Part shown: piece by piece, positions 35,666 through 45,687 of the stretch
How positions within the stretch are numbered: the stretch's first letter is position 1
Layout of the letters: every line of letters starts with the position of its first letter
Notes under the pieces: generated by a model
What the model was told of the DNA's origin: nothing
The model's input: the letters and a program-made list of their open reading frames with translations, nothing else
The model's database searches: none
Translations under genes and position numbers: made by a program
From: an uncultured Chloroflexia bacterium
GTDB lineage: Bacteria > Chloroflexota > Limnocylindria > Limnocylindrales > CSP1-4
Length of the DNA stretch: 64,000 nt
Direction of reading: 5' to 3'
NCBI GenBank assembly: GCA_963810065.1
Contig: CAWELX010000007.1
Span: 1,467,534-1,531,533 of the forward strand

Positions 35666-36643
35666 ACGGCGAGGACGCCCTCGAGCGGTACCTGGCGAGC
35701 CTCGCCGCCCGCGACGCCTCCCCGCACACGCGACGCGCCTACGCAACGGCTCTCTCGGCGTACCTGGGCTGGCTCGACGCCGCGGGAGTCGACTGGCGGG
35801 CGCCGGACCGGGTCGCCCTTCGCGCCTACCTGGCCGAGCTCACCGAGGGGCACGCCCGCACGACGGTCGCGCAGCGGCTGGCGGCGATCCGCTCGTTCCA
35901 CCGCTGGGCGCGACGCGACGGGGCTCGCGACCGGCGACCCGTGGGCGGCCCTCGCCACGCCCCGCCGGCCCCGCCGGCTGCCTGCCGTCCTGAGCCTCGG
36001 CGACGTCGAGCGACTCCTCGCGGCGGCCGCTGTCGAGCCCCCGGGGCCGGTCCCGGCCACGCTGGACGGCGAGGCGCCCGACCACCTCGGCGCCCTGCGG
36101 CACGCCCTGGCCCTGCGCGACGTCGCCCTGGTCGAGACGGCGTACGCAGCCGGACTGCGCATCTCGGAGCTGGCCGCAGTCCGCCTGGGCGGCCTGGACC
36201 TGGGGCGCGGCGAGATCCGCGTCCTCGGCAAGGGCCGCAAGGAACGCGTGAGCCTCCTGGGCCGACCGGCCTGCGCGGCCATTGCCCGCTACGTCGCGGA
36301 CGGGCGCCCCGTCCTGCTGGCACAGGGAGATGCCGATCCGCGGCGCTCGGACGCGCTGTTCGTCAACCACCGCGGGGCGCCCCTGGGCGTACGTGGGATC
36401 CGCTACCGCCTCCACCGGGCAGGCGTCCGCGCCGGGCTGCCCGACGATGCGTCCCCCCACACGCTGCGCCACTCGTTTGCCACCCACCTGCTCGACGGCG
36501 GCGCCGACCTGCGCGTCGTCCAGGAGCTCCTCGGCCACGCGGACCTGGCGACGACGCAGGTCTACACCCACGTCGCGCCGGCGCGCCTGCGCAGCGTCTA
36601 CCGCCGCGCCCACCCGCGCGCTGGCGGCACGGAGCCCCGGTGA
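35662..36643 (+). pseudogene. xerC: tyrosine recombinase XerC/XerD family, frame broken at about 35920-35923
   Basis: The N-terminal SAM-like domain (VNGEDALERYLASLAARDASPHTRRAY...RSFHRWARRDG) continues in the +1 frame. That frame reads LATGDPWAAL...LPAVLSLGDVERLL...ETAYAAGLRISEL...GKGRKER and then ORF 36248-36643 with HTLRHSFATHLL...LLGHADLATTQVYTHV. The span is 3n+1. The break lies at a GGGG run. The GTG start overlaps the topA stop. Confidence 0.8.
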
Positions 36644-38214
36644 CCGGCACCGCGCGCGACCTCGCGCGGGCGGGGATGGTGGTCACGGGGGCCCTCTTCG
36701 TGTCGCGGATCCTCGGCTGGGTGCGGGTTGCCGTGATCGCGGCCAGCCTGGGCATCTCGCGCGAGCTCGACATCTACACCGCGGCCTTCCGGATCCCGGA
36801 CTTCCTGTTCCAGGTCGTCGCCGCCGGGGCCCTGGCGTCGGCCGTGATCCCGACGATCGCCGCCCTCGTGGCAGCCGGCCAGCCGGACCGCGCGTGGCGC
36901 GTCGTCTCGAGCATCGCCAACCTGCTCCTCGTGGTGCTGGCGGCGCTCGCGATCGTCACGTTCGCGCTCGCCCCGCAGCTGGCGCCCCTCATCGCCCCGG
37001 GCTTCGACGAGGCCGACACGGAGCAGCTGGTGCAGCTCACCCGCATCCTGCTGCTCAGCCCGATCTTCCTGGCGCTGTCGGCCGTGGCGACCAGCATCCT
37101 CAACGCGGGCGGTCGATTCGCAGCCTCGGTGCTGGCGCCCATCGCCTACAACCTCGTGATCATCGTCGCGGCCGTCGTCCTCGTCCCGAGGTTCGGGCTG
37201 GCGGGCCTGGCCTGGGGCACGGTCGCCGGCGCCGCCGCCACCCTGCTGGTGCAGGTATCGCCGGTCTTCCGGCAGGTCCGGTTCACCTACACGCCACGGA
37301 TCGATCTCCGCGATGCGGAGGCGCGGCGGACCCTCTTCCTGCTGGGCCCGCGGGCGATCGGGCTGGCAGGCAGCCAGCTGACCCTGCTGATCCTCACGAT
37401 CTTCGGATCGACCCTGGCGCCCGGTGCGATCGGCGCATTCGGCCTCGCGTTCGTGATCTTCCAGATCCCGCTCGGGACGATCGCGTACCCTCTGGGCATC
37501 GTCGCCCTGCCGGCGTTGTCGCAGCGCGTGGCCGCCGGTGCGATCGACGAGTACGTGTCGCTCGTGACCCGCGCCCTTCGACTTCTCGGCTTCGCGATGC
37601 TCCCGCTGGCGTTCATCGCGGCCGGCGTTGCGCTCCAGGTGGTGGACCTGGTGGTCCATTTCGGCCGTGTCGAGCCGTCCGGGGTCGAGCTCACGGCGGC
37701 TGCGTTCCTCGGGCTCCTCGCCGCGCTTCCATCGGAGGCCATGATCATCGTCCTCTCGCGGGCGTTCTTCGCCGATCGCAACACGTGGATTCCCGTCGGG
37801 GCGGCGCTCGTCTCGGTGGCCGTGGCCGTCGTGACGGCCGCCCTCCTCATCGTGCCGCTCGGGATCTTCGGGCTGGCCCTCGGCGTCGCGGTCGCTTCGT
37901 GGGTCGAGGCGATCCTGCTCCTGCTCGCGTTCCGGGTCCGCCAATCGAGCTTCGGCCTGCTGCGGCTGGGGCGGGCCCACCTGTGGTATCTCGCCGGCGC
38001 CGTCATCGCGGGGCTGGCCACGGACCGCACCTACGACGCCCTGGCCGGGCTCCTGCCCGCCCAGCCGGGCCCAGCCGGCGCGGCGCTGCTGCTGGTCGCC
38101 GCCGGGACCGTCGGGCTCGCGATCTACGTCGCCCTCGCCGCGCTGGTGCGTGTCCCGGAGCTCGGCCTGACCGTGCATCTCGTCCGGTCGGGCCTGCGGC
38201 GGGGTGCCGCGTGA
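36640..38214 (+). CDS. murJ: lipid II flippase MurJ (MviN)
   Basis: 524 aa and polytopic. The N-terminus has the typical SRILGWVRVAVIAASLG...LDIYTAAFRIPDFLFQVVAAGALASAVIP, and about 14 hydrophobic segments follow. The GTG start overlaps the xerC stop (GTGA). Confidence 0.85.
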   Translation: MTGTARDLARAGMVVTGALFVSRILGWVRVAVIAASLGISRELDIYTAAFRIPDFLFQVVAAGALASAVIPTIAALVAAGQPDRAWRVVSSIANLLLVVLAALAIVTFALAPQLAPLIAPGFDEADTEQLVQLTRILLLSPIFLALSAVATSILNAGGRFAASVLAPIAYNLVIIVAAVVLVPRFGLAGLAWGTVAGAAATLLVQVSPVFRQVRFTYTPRIDLRDAEARRTLFLLGPRAIGLAGSQLTLLILTIFGSTLAPGAIGAFGLAFVIFQIPLGTIAYPLGIVALPALSQRVAAGAIDEYVSLVTRALRLLGFAMLPLAFIAAGVALQVVDLVVHFGRVEPSGVELTAAAFLGLLAALPSEAMIIVLSRAFFADRNTWIPVGAALVSVAVAVVTAALLIVPLGIFGLALGVAVASWVEAILLLLAFRVRQSSFGLLRLGRAHLWYLAGAVIAGLATDRTYDALAGLLPAQPGPAGAALLLVAAGTVGLAIYVALAALVRVPELGLTVHLVRSGLRRGAA

Positions 38215-39332
38215 GCGACCAGGGCCGCGAGGCGACCCGCTCCCCGGAGGCGTGGGACGCGTTCGTGGAGGGAACCGAGCACGGGTCGTATCTCCAGCTC
38301 GCGGGCTGGGCCAGCGTCAAGGCGCCGAACGGCTGGACGGCGCGCCGCGTCGTCGCCGGCACGCCGGGCGCCCGCATCGGGATGCAGGTCCTCCTCCGGC
38401 GCCCGCGACCAATGCCCTGGGCGTTTGCGTATGCGCCGCGTGGCCCGGTCGCGGAATCCTGGACCGCAGCGGCCATCGGCGACCTGACCGTGGCCCTGCG
38501 CGAGGCGCGCCCGGACCTCGGCCGCGTGTCGCATCTGCGCATCGACCCCGAGGTCGAGGCCGATGGCGTCGACGACCGGGACGGAACGCTGCGCGCCGCG
38601 CTGTCCGGGGCCGGCTGGCAGCCGGCGCCCTCGGTCCAGCCGCCGTCGAGCCGCCTCATCGACCTTGCGGCCGACGAGGCTGCACTCTGGTCGGACCTGC
38701 GCAAGAAGTGGCGCCAGTACGTCAACAAGGCCCGCGCCGGCGGCGTCAGCGTGGTCGAGCTGCCGGGCGATCCGATCCCGGCGTTCTACGAGATCTACCG
38801 CGAGACTGCGGAGCGGGCGGGGTTCCTGATCCGGGTCGAGCAGGCCTATCGCGACGTCTACGAGGCGTTCGGCCCGGCCGGACGGGCGCGCGTCCTGTTC
38901 GCGGTCGGGCCGGACGGGACGCCCCTCGCAAGCCTGTTCCTCGTGCGCTGCGGGCGGCGCGTCGTCGAGCCCTACGGCGGCATGACCGCGGTCGGCGCCG
39001 AGCTTCGGGCGAACTACCTCCTCAAGTGGGAGGCGATCCGGCGGGCGCGGGAGGAGGGCGCGGCCTCGTACGACCTGTGGGGCCTGGCGCATCCGGGGAT
39101 CGCCCACTTCAAGGCGGGGTTCGGCGGGCGCGAGGTCCGCTACATCGGCGGGTGGGACCTGGTGCTCGACCCGACCGGCCGGCGGGTCTACGACGCCGGA
39201 CAGCGGGTGCGCGTGCGCTGGGCCCGTTCGCGGGCCGGCCTGGCCCCGAGCGCCACGCCCGGCGGGTCGGAGCCCGCCGCGGGCGACGCCGAGGCACCAA
39301 GCGCCGGAGACCAGGGGGCCGACGCGGGATGA
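38211..39332 (+). CDS. FemAB-family peptidoglycan bridge-forming aminoacyltransferase (FemX/MurM-like), copy 1
   Basis: 373 aa with GSYLQLAGWASVK, LRKKWRQYVNKA, YGGMT...LRANYLLKWEAIRRAREEGAASYDLWG and FKAGFGG. The GTG start overlaps the murJ stop. Confidence 0.8.
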   Translation: MSDQGREATRSPEAWDAFVEGTEHGSYLQLAGWASVKAPNGWTARRVVAGTPGARIGMQVLLRRPRPMPWAFAYAPRGPVAESWTAAAIGDLTVALREARPDLGRVSHLRIDPEVEADGVDDRDGTLRAALSGAGWQPAPSVQPPSSRLIDLAADEAALWSDLRKKWRQYVNKARAGGVSVVELPGDPIPAFYEIYRETAERAGFLIRVEQAYRDVYEAFGPAGRARVLFAVGPDGTPLASLFLVRCGRRVVEPYGGMTAVGAELRANYLLKWEAIRRAREEGAASYDLWGLAHPGIAHFKAGFGGREVRYIGGWDLVLDPTGRRVYDAGQRVRVRWARSRAGLAPSATPGGSEPAAGDAEAPSAGDQGADAG

Positions 39333-40513
39333 CCGCCACCGTGGGCGCCGACGCCGTGCTCCCGGCCAGGCGGGTCGTCCGCGAGGCAGCCCGCGGAGAG
39401 CTTGCGACGTGGGACGAGCGGACCGTCGCCGTGGCGGGCGGCGATGTCCAGCAGTCGGTCGCGTGGGGGCAGCACCGGGAGCGCACGGGCTGGGAGGCGC
39501 ACCACCTGGAGCTGGACGACGGCTCGGCTGTGCTCCTCCTGGGACGCCGGTGGCGGTGGATCGGGGGTGGGCGGGCCTACGTGCCGAAGGGGCCCGTTGC
39601 CGCCGGCGCGGATCCGGCGGTGCTGGCGGGGCGGCTCGCGGCGGTGGCCTCCTGGGCCCGCGCTGCGGGCTTCGACGTCGTCGCCGCGGACCCGGAGGTC
39701 CCGGCGGCGACGGGCTTCCCGGCGCTGCTCGCGAAGGCCGGCTTCCGCCAGGTCGAAGAAGTCGGCCCGTCGCGCCACCGCGTCGGGGTCCCGATCCCCG
39801 AGGGCGCGGACGACGAGGCCCTGCTGGCCGCGATTGCCCGTGGGACACGGCAGCGCTTCCTCGGCGCCGAGCGCAAGGGCACCCGGATCGTCCGCTTCGA
39901 TCTCGCGGAGGGGGCCGACGTGCCGGGCACGGAGCGCCCTGCGACGCCGCTCGCGAACGCTGCCGAGGACGCCTTCGGACGGTTCCACGCCCTGCTCCTC
40001 GAAACCGGCGCGCGGCGTGGGTTCGGGATCGGTGACCGAGCGGCGGCCGTGGCCTGGTGGTGCGCCGCCCTGGAGGCCGGGCACCTCGTCCTCCTGGAGG
40101 CGCGGGCCAGCGACGACGCCTACCTTGGGGGCGCCATCTTCTACCGCCACGGCCGACGCCTGTCGTACTCCCATTCCGGGGACGTCGTCGCGCTGCGGCA
40201 CGTCCATCCGGGCGCCGTCCACCTGGTGCTCTGGCGGGCGCTGCAGCTTGCCGCGCGCGAGGGCCGCGCCGAGCTCGACCTCGGCGGTGTCGACGTTCGC
40301 GGGGCCCGCCACGAGCCGCGCCCGGGCGAGCCGATGTACGGCCTCCTGGAGTTCAAGCGCTCGTTCGGAGGTCGCTGGATCGAGCTGGCAGGGGCCCACG
40401 AGAAGGTGCTCCGCGCGCCGCGGCACGCGCTGGCCGGCGGGATCCAGCGCGCGACGCGAGCGACCCGCCGGATCGCCGCACGTCCCGGCGGTGCGCGGAA
40501 GCAGGGGACGTGA
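39329..40513 (+). CDS. FemAB-family aminoacyltransferase-like protein, copy 2 (more divergent)
   Basis: 394 aa with VQQSVAWGQHRE, YVPKGP, HPGAVHLVLWRALQLAAREGRAELDLGG and LLEFKRSFGG. The ATG overlaps the upstream stop (ATGA at 39329-39332). Confidence 0.7.
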   Translation: MTATVGADAVLPARRVVREAARGELATWDERTVAVAGGDVQQSVAWGQHRERTGWEAHHLELDDGSAVLLLGRRWRWIGGGRAYVPKGPVAAGADPAVLAGRLAAVASWARAAGFDVVAADPEVPAATGFPALLAKAGFRQVEEVGPSRHRVGVPIPEGADDEALLAAIARGTRQRFLGAERKGTRIVRFDLAEGADVPGTERPATPLANAAEDAFGRFHALLLETGARRGFGIGDRAAAVAWWCAALEAGHLVLLEARASDDAYLGGAIFYRHGRRLSYSHSGDVVALRHVHPGAVHLVLWRALQLAAREGRAELDLGGVDVRGARHEPRPGEPMYGLLEFKRSFGGRWIELAGAHEKVLRAPRHALAGGIQRATRATRRIAARPGGARKQGT

Positions 40514-42141
40514 GCGCCATGGATGAGCGCCGGCTCCTGGAGCGCCTCGCCGCCGCCGAGCCGGCGACCCCGCGCCCGGTGACCGGTCTCGTGGAACGCC
40601 TGCGCCGGGCGGGGCGGCTGCGGGCGGTGGAGGCCCCCGCCGGCGCGCTGGAGCGCGTGATGGTGACCGGCATCACCTTCGACTCGCGGCGCGTCCGGCC
40701 CGGGATGGTGTTCGTCGCGGTCCCGGGAGCCCACGCCGACGGCCATGCGTTCGTCGCGGCGGCGGTCGACGCCGGGGCGGCCGTCATCGTGCTGGAGCGA
40801 CCGGCCGCCGGGGCCGCGGCCGTCGTCCAGCTGGCGGTTGACCGCAGCCAGCACGCGCTGGCGATCGTTGCCGCATGGTGGTACGGCGATCCGGGACGCC
40901 AGCTCGGCATCGTCGGGATCACCGGGACCGACGGCAAGACGACCACCGCCGGCATGGCCGTCGCGGCGCTCGAGGCGGCCGGCGTGCGCACGGGGCTCAT
41001 CAGCACGGCCGCCCAGATCGTGGGCGGGCTGGCCGCCGACACGCGGGCGCACGTCACGACGCCGGAGGCGCCCGAGCTGCAGCTGGCGCTGCGGGCGATG
41101 GTCGAGGCGGGGGACCGCGCCGCCGTCGTGGAGTCGACGTCGCACGGCCTGGCCCTGGAGCGGGTGGGGGAGATCCCGTACGACGCCGCGATCTTCACGA
41201 ACCTGACGCACGAGCACCTCGAGTTCCACGGCACGCTGGACGCCTACCGGGCCGCCAAGGTGTCGCTCTTCGAGCGCCTCGCCCGACCCCCCGACGCCGT
41301 CCCGAAGCCGGCCTCGCTGCCGGGCGGACGGCCGTGGCCCAGCGGTGGGATCGTCAACCTCGACGACCCGGAGGCCGGGGCATTCCTGGCGGCGACCCGG
41401 AGCGCCGGGGCGCGCCCGCTCACGTACGGCACGCACCCGGCCGCGGACGTCCGGGCGGTCCGCGTGACCGAGTCGGCGACCGGCCTGCACGTCGAAGCGA
41501 CGACGCCGCGCGGCGCGCTGCGCCTGGCGGTGCCCCTCGTCGGGCGCTTCAACGTCCACAACGCGCTGGCCGTCGTCGCGCTCGGAGAGCTGCTGGAGCT
41601 GGACCCGAACGCCGTCACCGCTGGCCTGGCCGGGTTCCACGGGGTTCGCGGACGGATGGACCGCGTGGATCGCGGCCAGCCGTTCGTCGTCGTGGTCGAC
41701 TACGCCCACACGCCGGCGTCGCTCGCGGTCGCCCTCGACGTCCTCGCACCGCTCGTCACGGGCGACGGCGGGCTCATCGCCGTGTTCGGGTCGGCCGGGG
41801 AGCGCGACGTGGCCAAGCGGGCGATCCAGGGGCGGGTCGCCGGCGAGCGCTGCCGGCTCGTGGTGGTCACCGACGAGGATCCGCGGGGCGAGGACCCGGC
41901 GGCCATCCTGGCGCAGATCGCGGAGGGGGCACGGGAGGCGGGCCTGCGGCGCGACACCGACCTGCTGCTGGTCCCGGACCGCGAGGAGGCAATCCGGGTC
42001 GCCTTCGCCCGCGCCCGGCCGGGCGACGTCGTGCTGCTGGCGGGCAAGGGCCACGAGCGGAGCATCCTGTACGCGGACCACGAGCGGCCGTGGGACGAGC
42101 GCGCCGTGGCGGAGCGCCTCCTGGGCGAGCTGGGCTACTGA
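40510..42141 (+). CDS. murE: UDP-N-acetylmuramoyl-L-alanyl-D-glutamate--diamino-acid ligase MurE
   Basis: Mur ligase motifs are GITGTDGKTTT, TTPEAPELQ, VVESTSHGL, FTNLTHEHLEFHG, DYAHTP and VVVTDEDPRGEDP. GTG 40510 overlaps the upstream stop. An alternative ATG lies at 40519. Confidence 0.9.
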   Translation: MSAMDERRLLERLAAAEPATPRPVTGLVERLRRAGRLRAVEAPAGALERVMVTGITFDSRRVRPGMVFVAVPGAHADGHAFVAAAVDAGAAVIVLERPAAGAAAVVQLAVDRSQHALAIVAAWWYGDPGRQLGIVGITGTDGKTTTAGMAVAALEAAGVRTGLISTAAQIVGGLAADTRAHVTTPEAPELQLALRAMVEAGDRAAVVESTSHGLALERVGEIPYDAAIFTNLTHEHLEFHGTLDAYRAAKVSLFERLARPPDAVPKPASLPGGRPWPSGGIVNLDDPEAGAFLAATRSAGARPLTYGTHPAADVRAVRVTESATGLHVEATTPRGALRLAVPLVGRFNVHNALAVVALGELLELDPNAVTAGLAGFHGVRGRMDRVDRGQPFVVVVDYAHTPASLAVALDVLAPLVTGDGGLIAVFGSAGERDVAKRAIQGRVAGERCRLVVVTDEDPRGEDPAAILAQIAEGAREAGLRRDTDLLLVPDREEAIRVAFARARPGDVVLLAGKGHERSILYADHERPWDERAVAERLLGELGY

Positions 42142-42226
42142 GCCTCGCGTCCGCGCGTGAGGGGAGCGGCCGCCTGGGTGCGACGGAGCGTCATCGGCGG
42201 CGCGGACGCGTCGACCGGCGACGTGG

Positions 42227-43045
42227 TCACCCGCCGGTGCTCGTCGGACCGGCCACAGGCGGAGCCAGGCCGCAGTCGGGCGTCGTGCAGAGCTCCAGGC
42301 CCAGCTGCTCCAGGCCCTCGGCCAGGGGCGTGAACCCGAGCGATCCGCCGAAGCTGCGACTCGCGGCGCCGGCCGGGATTCCCCGCACGAGGACCGCGCC
42401 GCCCGAGTCGCCGACGCCCACCTGGATGGCTGCGCCGATCATGCACGGGAAGTAGGCACCGTCCTCCGGGTACAGGTTCTCGCCCTTGCTCGTCACCGGG
42501 CCGCTGCGGTACACGTTGCGGCCGTTGATCTCGGCCAGGTCGCCGATCGCGATGTCCGCGCAGGCGAGCGGCCGCGTGCCGGGCGGGATGATCCGGTAGC
42601 CGGCCGTGCCCAGGTCCACGACGTTGAGGTGGCCCCACGGGATGTGGTCCGGGGCGACCACCAGGTAGTTCATGTCGGACGCCGCACACGTGTGCCCGGG
42701 GTACGGGCACGCTGCATCCCGGGCGGCCGGACCGAAGACGCCGCGCACGGTGGTGCCGTCCTCGTCGTAGGCCACGCTGCCCTCGCCGGTGCAGTGGCCG
42801 GTGGACGTGAGCACGATCGTGTCCCCGCGGCGGGCATAGAACCCGCCGGCACACGCTCCCCAGAGCTGCTGGCCGGCAAGCACCGGCGGGTCGTACACCT
42901 CCGTGCTGCGCCGCGGCTGCAGGGCGGCGCTCGCGATCGCGAAGCAGCCGATCCCCAGCAGCAGGCCGGCCAGGACGACGATGAGCAGGCGGACGAGGCG
43001 CAATCGCGCCTGCGCACCCGTCCCTGCCGCTCGTGTCATGGTCAT
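42227..43045 (-). CDS. membrane-anchored S1 (chymotrypsin/streptogrisin-like) serine protease
   Basis: 272 aa from MTMTRAAG with one TM helix (LLIVVLAGLLLGIGCFAIA). The His motif is LTSTGHC and the Ser motif is GVGDSGGAV. Several Cys pairs are present. Confidence 0.75.
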   Translation of the reverse strand: MTMTRAAGTGAQARLRLVRLLIVVLAGLLLGIGCFAIASAALQPRRSTEVYDPPVLAGQQLWGACAGGFYARRGDTIVLTSTGHCTGEGSVAYDEDGTTVRGVFGPAARDAACPYPGHTCAASDMNYLVVAPDHIPWGHLNVVDLGTAGYRIIPPGTRPLACADIAIGDLAEINGRNVYRSGPVTSKGENLYPEDGAYFPCMIGAAIQVGVGDSGGAVLVRGIPAGAASRSFGGSLGFTPLAEGLEQLGLELCTTPDCGLAPPVAGPTSTGG

Positions 43046-43232
43046 GCTCGCCCAGGTGAGGGTCGCACACGCGGACCCGGTGGCCAGATCATCCGCACCA
43101 GTCTGCGGCGGCGCAACCCACCTGAAGGTCTGGTCTTCTCGATCGGCGGCCGATCTCCATGCGCGCCGCGGGTCGCGACGGCCCGTCACTGGACCTGAGC
43201 CCCCGCGCGGCCCTGCTATCCTCGCCGGACCG

Positions 43233-45473
43233 ATGTCGATCGAGCAGCTGCCGACCGCCGCTTCCTCGCCGGCCCAGCCGCCGGCCGCGAAGCCGCGCCG
43301 TCCGTCGTCGGGACGCCGCGAGCGCTCCTCCAACCGGCCGTTGTCGGTCCTGCGCCGGGAGCTCCTCGCGGAGGTCGTGGTCGCCTCGCCGGGGGCCGAC
43401 ACGGCATCCGTGGCCCGCGCCTTCGACTTCGCCGTCGTCGCCCACGAGGGCCAGCTGCGGGCGACCGGCGAGCCGTACGTCACCCACCCGATCGCGGCCG
43501 CCTTCATCCTCGCGGAGCTCGGCCTCGACGCCACCTCCATCGAGGCGGCCCTCCTGCACGACGTGCCGGAGGACACCGAGTACAGCCTGGCCGACGTCGA
43601 GGAGCGCTTCGGTCCCGAAGTGGCCCAGCTCGTCGACGGCGTGACGAAGCTGTCCAAGTTCTCGACCCATTCGCACGAGGAGCAGCAGGCCGAGAACATC
43701 CGCAAGATGCTGCTGGCGATGGCCCAGGACATCCGGGTCGTCCTGATCAAGCTCGCGGATCGCCTCCACAACATGCGAACGCTGGGCGGCCTGCCCGTCG
43801 AGAAGCAGCAGCGGATCGCCCGCCAGACGATGGAGATCTACGCCCCGCTCGCCGAGCGGCTCGGCATCTGGCAGGTCAAGTGGGAGCTGGAGGACCTGTC
43901 GTTCAAGGCGCTCGACCCGGAGCGCTACCGGGAGCTCGCCGCGAACCTTGACGGGCGGCGGCGCCACCGCGAGACGTACATCGACCGGGCCATCGCGATC
44001 CTCCAGCCGGAGCTCGCGAAGGCCGGCATCGAGGCCGACCTCAACGGCCGGCCCAAGCACCTCTTCAGCATCTGGAAGAAGATGCAGCGCAAGGCCGCCG
44101 CCTTCGGCGAGATCTACGACGTGTACGCCATCCGGCTCCTCGTGGACGAGGTGCGCGACTGCTACGCGGCCCTCGGCGTGGTCCACAGCTTCTGGAAGCC
44201 GATCCCCGGCCAGTTCGACGACTACATCGCCGTTCCCAAGCCCAACGGCTACCAGAGCCTCCACACGGCGGTCATCGCGCTCGACGGGAAGCCCCTCGAG
44301 ATCCAGATCCGGACCCACGCGATGCACGCCGTCAGCGAGGTGGGCATCGCGGCGCACTGGCGCTACAAGGAAGGCTCGCGGGCCGAGCGGGACTACGACG
44401 CGAAGCTGGCCTGGCTGCGCCAGCTGATGGACTGGCAGCGGGAGGTCTCCGACGCCCGCGAGTTCGTCGAGGGCATCAAGCTCGACATCTTCCAGGACCA
44501 GGTCTTCGTCTTCACGCCCAAGGGCGACATCAAGGACCTCCCGGCCGGCGCGACGCCGCTCGACTTCGCCTACCGGATCCACACCGATGTCGGCCACCGG
44601 ACCATCGGGGCGAAGGTCAACAACCGCCTCGTGCCGCTCGACTCCCGGCTCCGCAACGGCGACATCGTCGAGGTCGTGACGACGAAGGCCGAGCATGGGC
44701 CGTCCCGCGACTGGCTCTCCATCGTCCGGACCTCGCACGCTCGCGAAAAGATCCGCCAGTGGTTCAAGAAGAAGGATCGCGACGAGAACATCGTCCACGG
44801 CAAGGACGCGCTCGAACGGGAGCTCAAGCGGCTCGCCCGGACGACCATCCCGGCGATCGGCCACGATCGGCTCCTGGAGGTCGCGAAGCACTACAGCCAG
44901 GACTCGCTCGACGACTTCTACGCCGCGATCGGCTACGGCGCCGTGTCCGCCCAGTCGGTGGTCATGCGCCTCGGGGTCGTGGACGACGGCCAGCTGGCCC
45001 TTCCGGTCACGGCGCCCGCGCCACCGCGCACGGGCGGCGTCCGGGTCAAGGGCGTCGGCGACCTGTTGGTCCGCTTCGGCAAGTGCTGCCACCCGATCCC
45101 CGGCGACCCGATCGTCGGGTTCATCACCCGCGGCAAGGGCGTCACGGTGCACCTGAACCGCTGCCCGACGGTCGTCAACGAGCGCGAGGTGGCGCGGATC
45201 ATCGACGTCGAATGGGAAGCGGCAACGGCGCAGACGTACCCGATCGCGATCCGGGTGGAGGCCCACGACCGGACGGGCCTGCTCAACGACATCGCGGGCG
45301 CCGTCGCGGAGAGCAAGGTCAACATCGTGGCTGCCAACGTCGCGGTGACGCAGGATCACACGGCGGTCGTCGTGGCGACGCTCCAGGTGGCGTCCGTCTC
45401 GCAGCTCGCGCGGGTCATGGCCCGCATCGAGCAGGTCAAGGACGTCCTCTCGGTCCAGCGTGACCTGGGCTGA
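43233..45473 (+). CDS. rel: bifunctional (p)ppGpp synthetase/hydrolase (RelA/SpoT homolog)
   Basis: 746 aa with the HD hydrolase domain (HPIAAAFILAE...LLHDVPEDT), the synthetase domain (GRPKHLFSIWKKM...YQSLHTAV), and TGS and C-terminal ACT-like regions. Confidence 0.93.
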   Translation: MSIEQLPTAASSPAQPPAAKPRRPSSGRRERSSNRPLSVLRRELLAEVVVASPGADTASVARAFDFAVVAHEGQLRATGEPYVTHPIAAAFILAELGLDATSIEAALLHDVPEDTEYSLADVEERFGPEVAQLVDGVTKLSKFSTHSHEEQQAENIRKMLLAMAQDIRVVLIKLADRLHNMRTLGGLPVEKQQRIARQTMEIYAPLAERLGIWQVKWELEDLSFKALDPERYRELAANLDGRRRHRETYIDRAIAILQPELAKAGIEADLNGRPKHLFSIWKKMQRKAAAFGEIYDVYAIRLLVDEVRDCYAALGVVHSFWKPIPGQFDDYIAVPKPNGYQSLHTAVIALDGKPLEIQIRTHAMHAVSEVGIAAHWRYKEGSRAERDYDAKLAWLRQLMDWQREVSDAREFVEGIKLDIFQDQVFVFTPKGDIKDLPAGATPLDFAYRIHTDVGHRTIGAKVNNRLVPLDSRLRNGDIVEVVTTKAEHGPSRDWLSIVRTSHAREKIRQWFKKKDRDENIVHGKDALERELKRLARTTIPAIGHDRLLEVAKHYSQDSLDDFYAAIGYGAVSAQSVVMRLGVVDDGQLALPVTAPAPPRTGGVRVKGVGDLLVRFGKCCHPIPGDPIVGFITRGKGVTVHLNRCPTVVNEREVARIIDVEWEAATAQTYPIAIRVEAHDRTGLLNDIAGAVAESKVNIVAANVAVTQDHTAVVVATLQVASVSQLARVMARIEQVKDVLSVQRDLG

Positions 45474-45498
45474 GGACGGCACGAAAGGGAGGGTTCAC

Positions 45499-45687
45499 GT
45501 GGGTGGGATCATCGAGCGCCTGCAGTCGCTGCTGGGCCGGGGCGACGAGAGCGTCACCAACATCACCAGCGACACGGACGCCGTTGACGCCGAGCGGGCG
45601 ATCGAGACGGTCAACGCGGCCCGCGAGGCTTCGCAGGTCGACGCGCTCTTCGCCCTGACGGACACGCCGGGGTCGGTGGACGACTAG
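45499..45687 (+). CDS. hypothetical small acidic protein (62 aa)
   Basis: GTG 45499 is preceded by AAAGGGAGGG with a 5-nt spacer. The protein reads VGGIIERLQSLLGRGDESV...DTPGSVDD. Its stop TAG (45685-45687) interlocks with the stop of a convergent mini-ORF. Confidence 0.45.
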   Translation: MGGIIERLQSLLGRGDESVTNITSDTDAVDAERAIETVNAAREASQVDALFALTDTPGSVDD

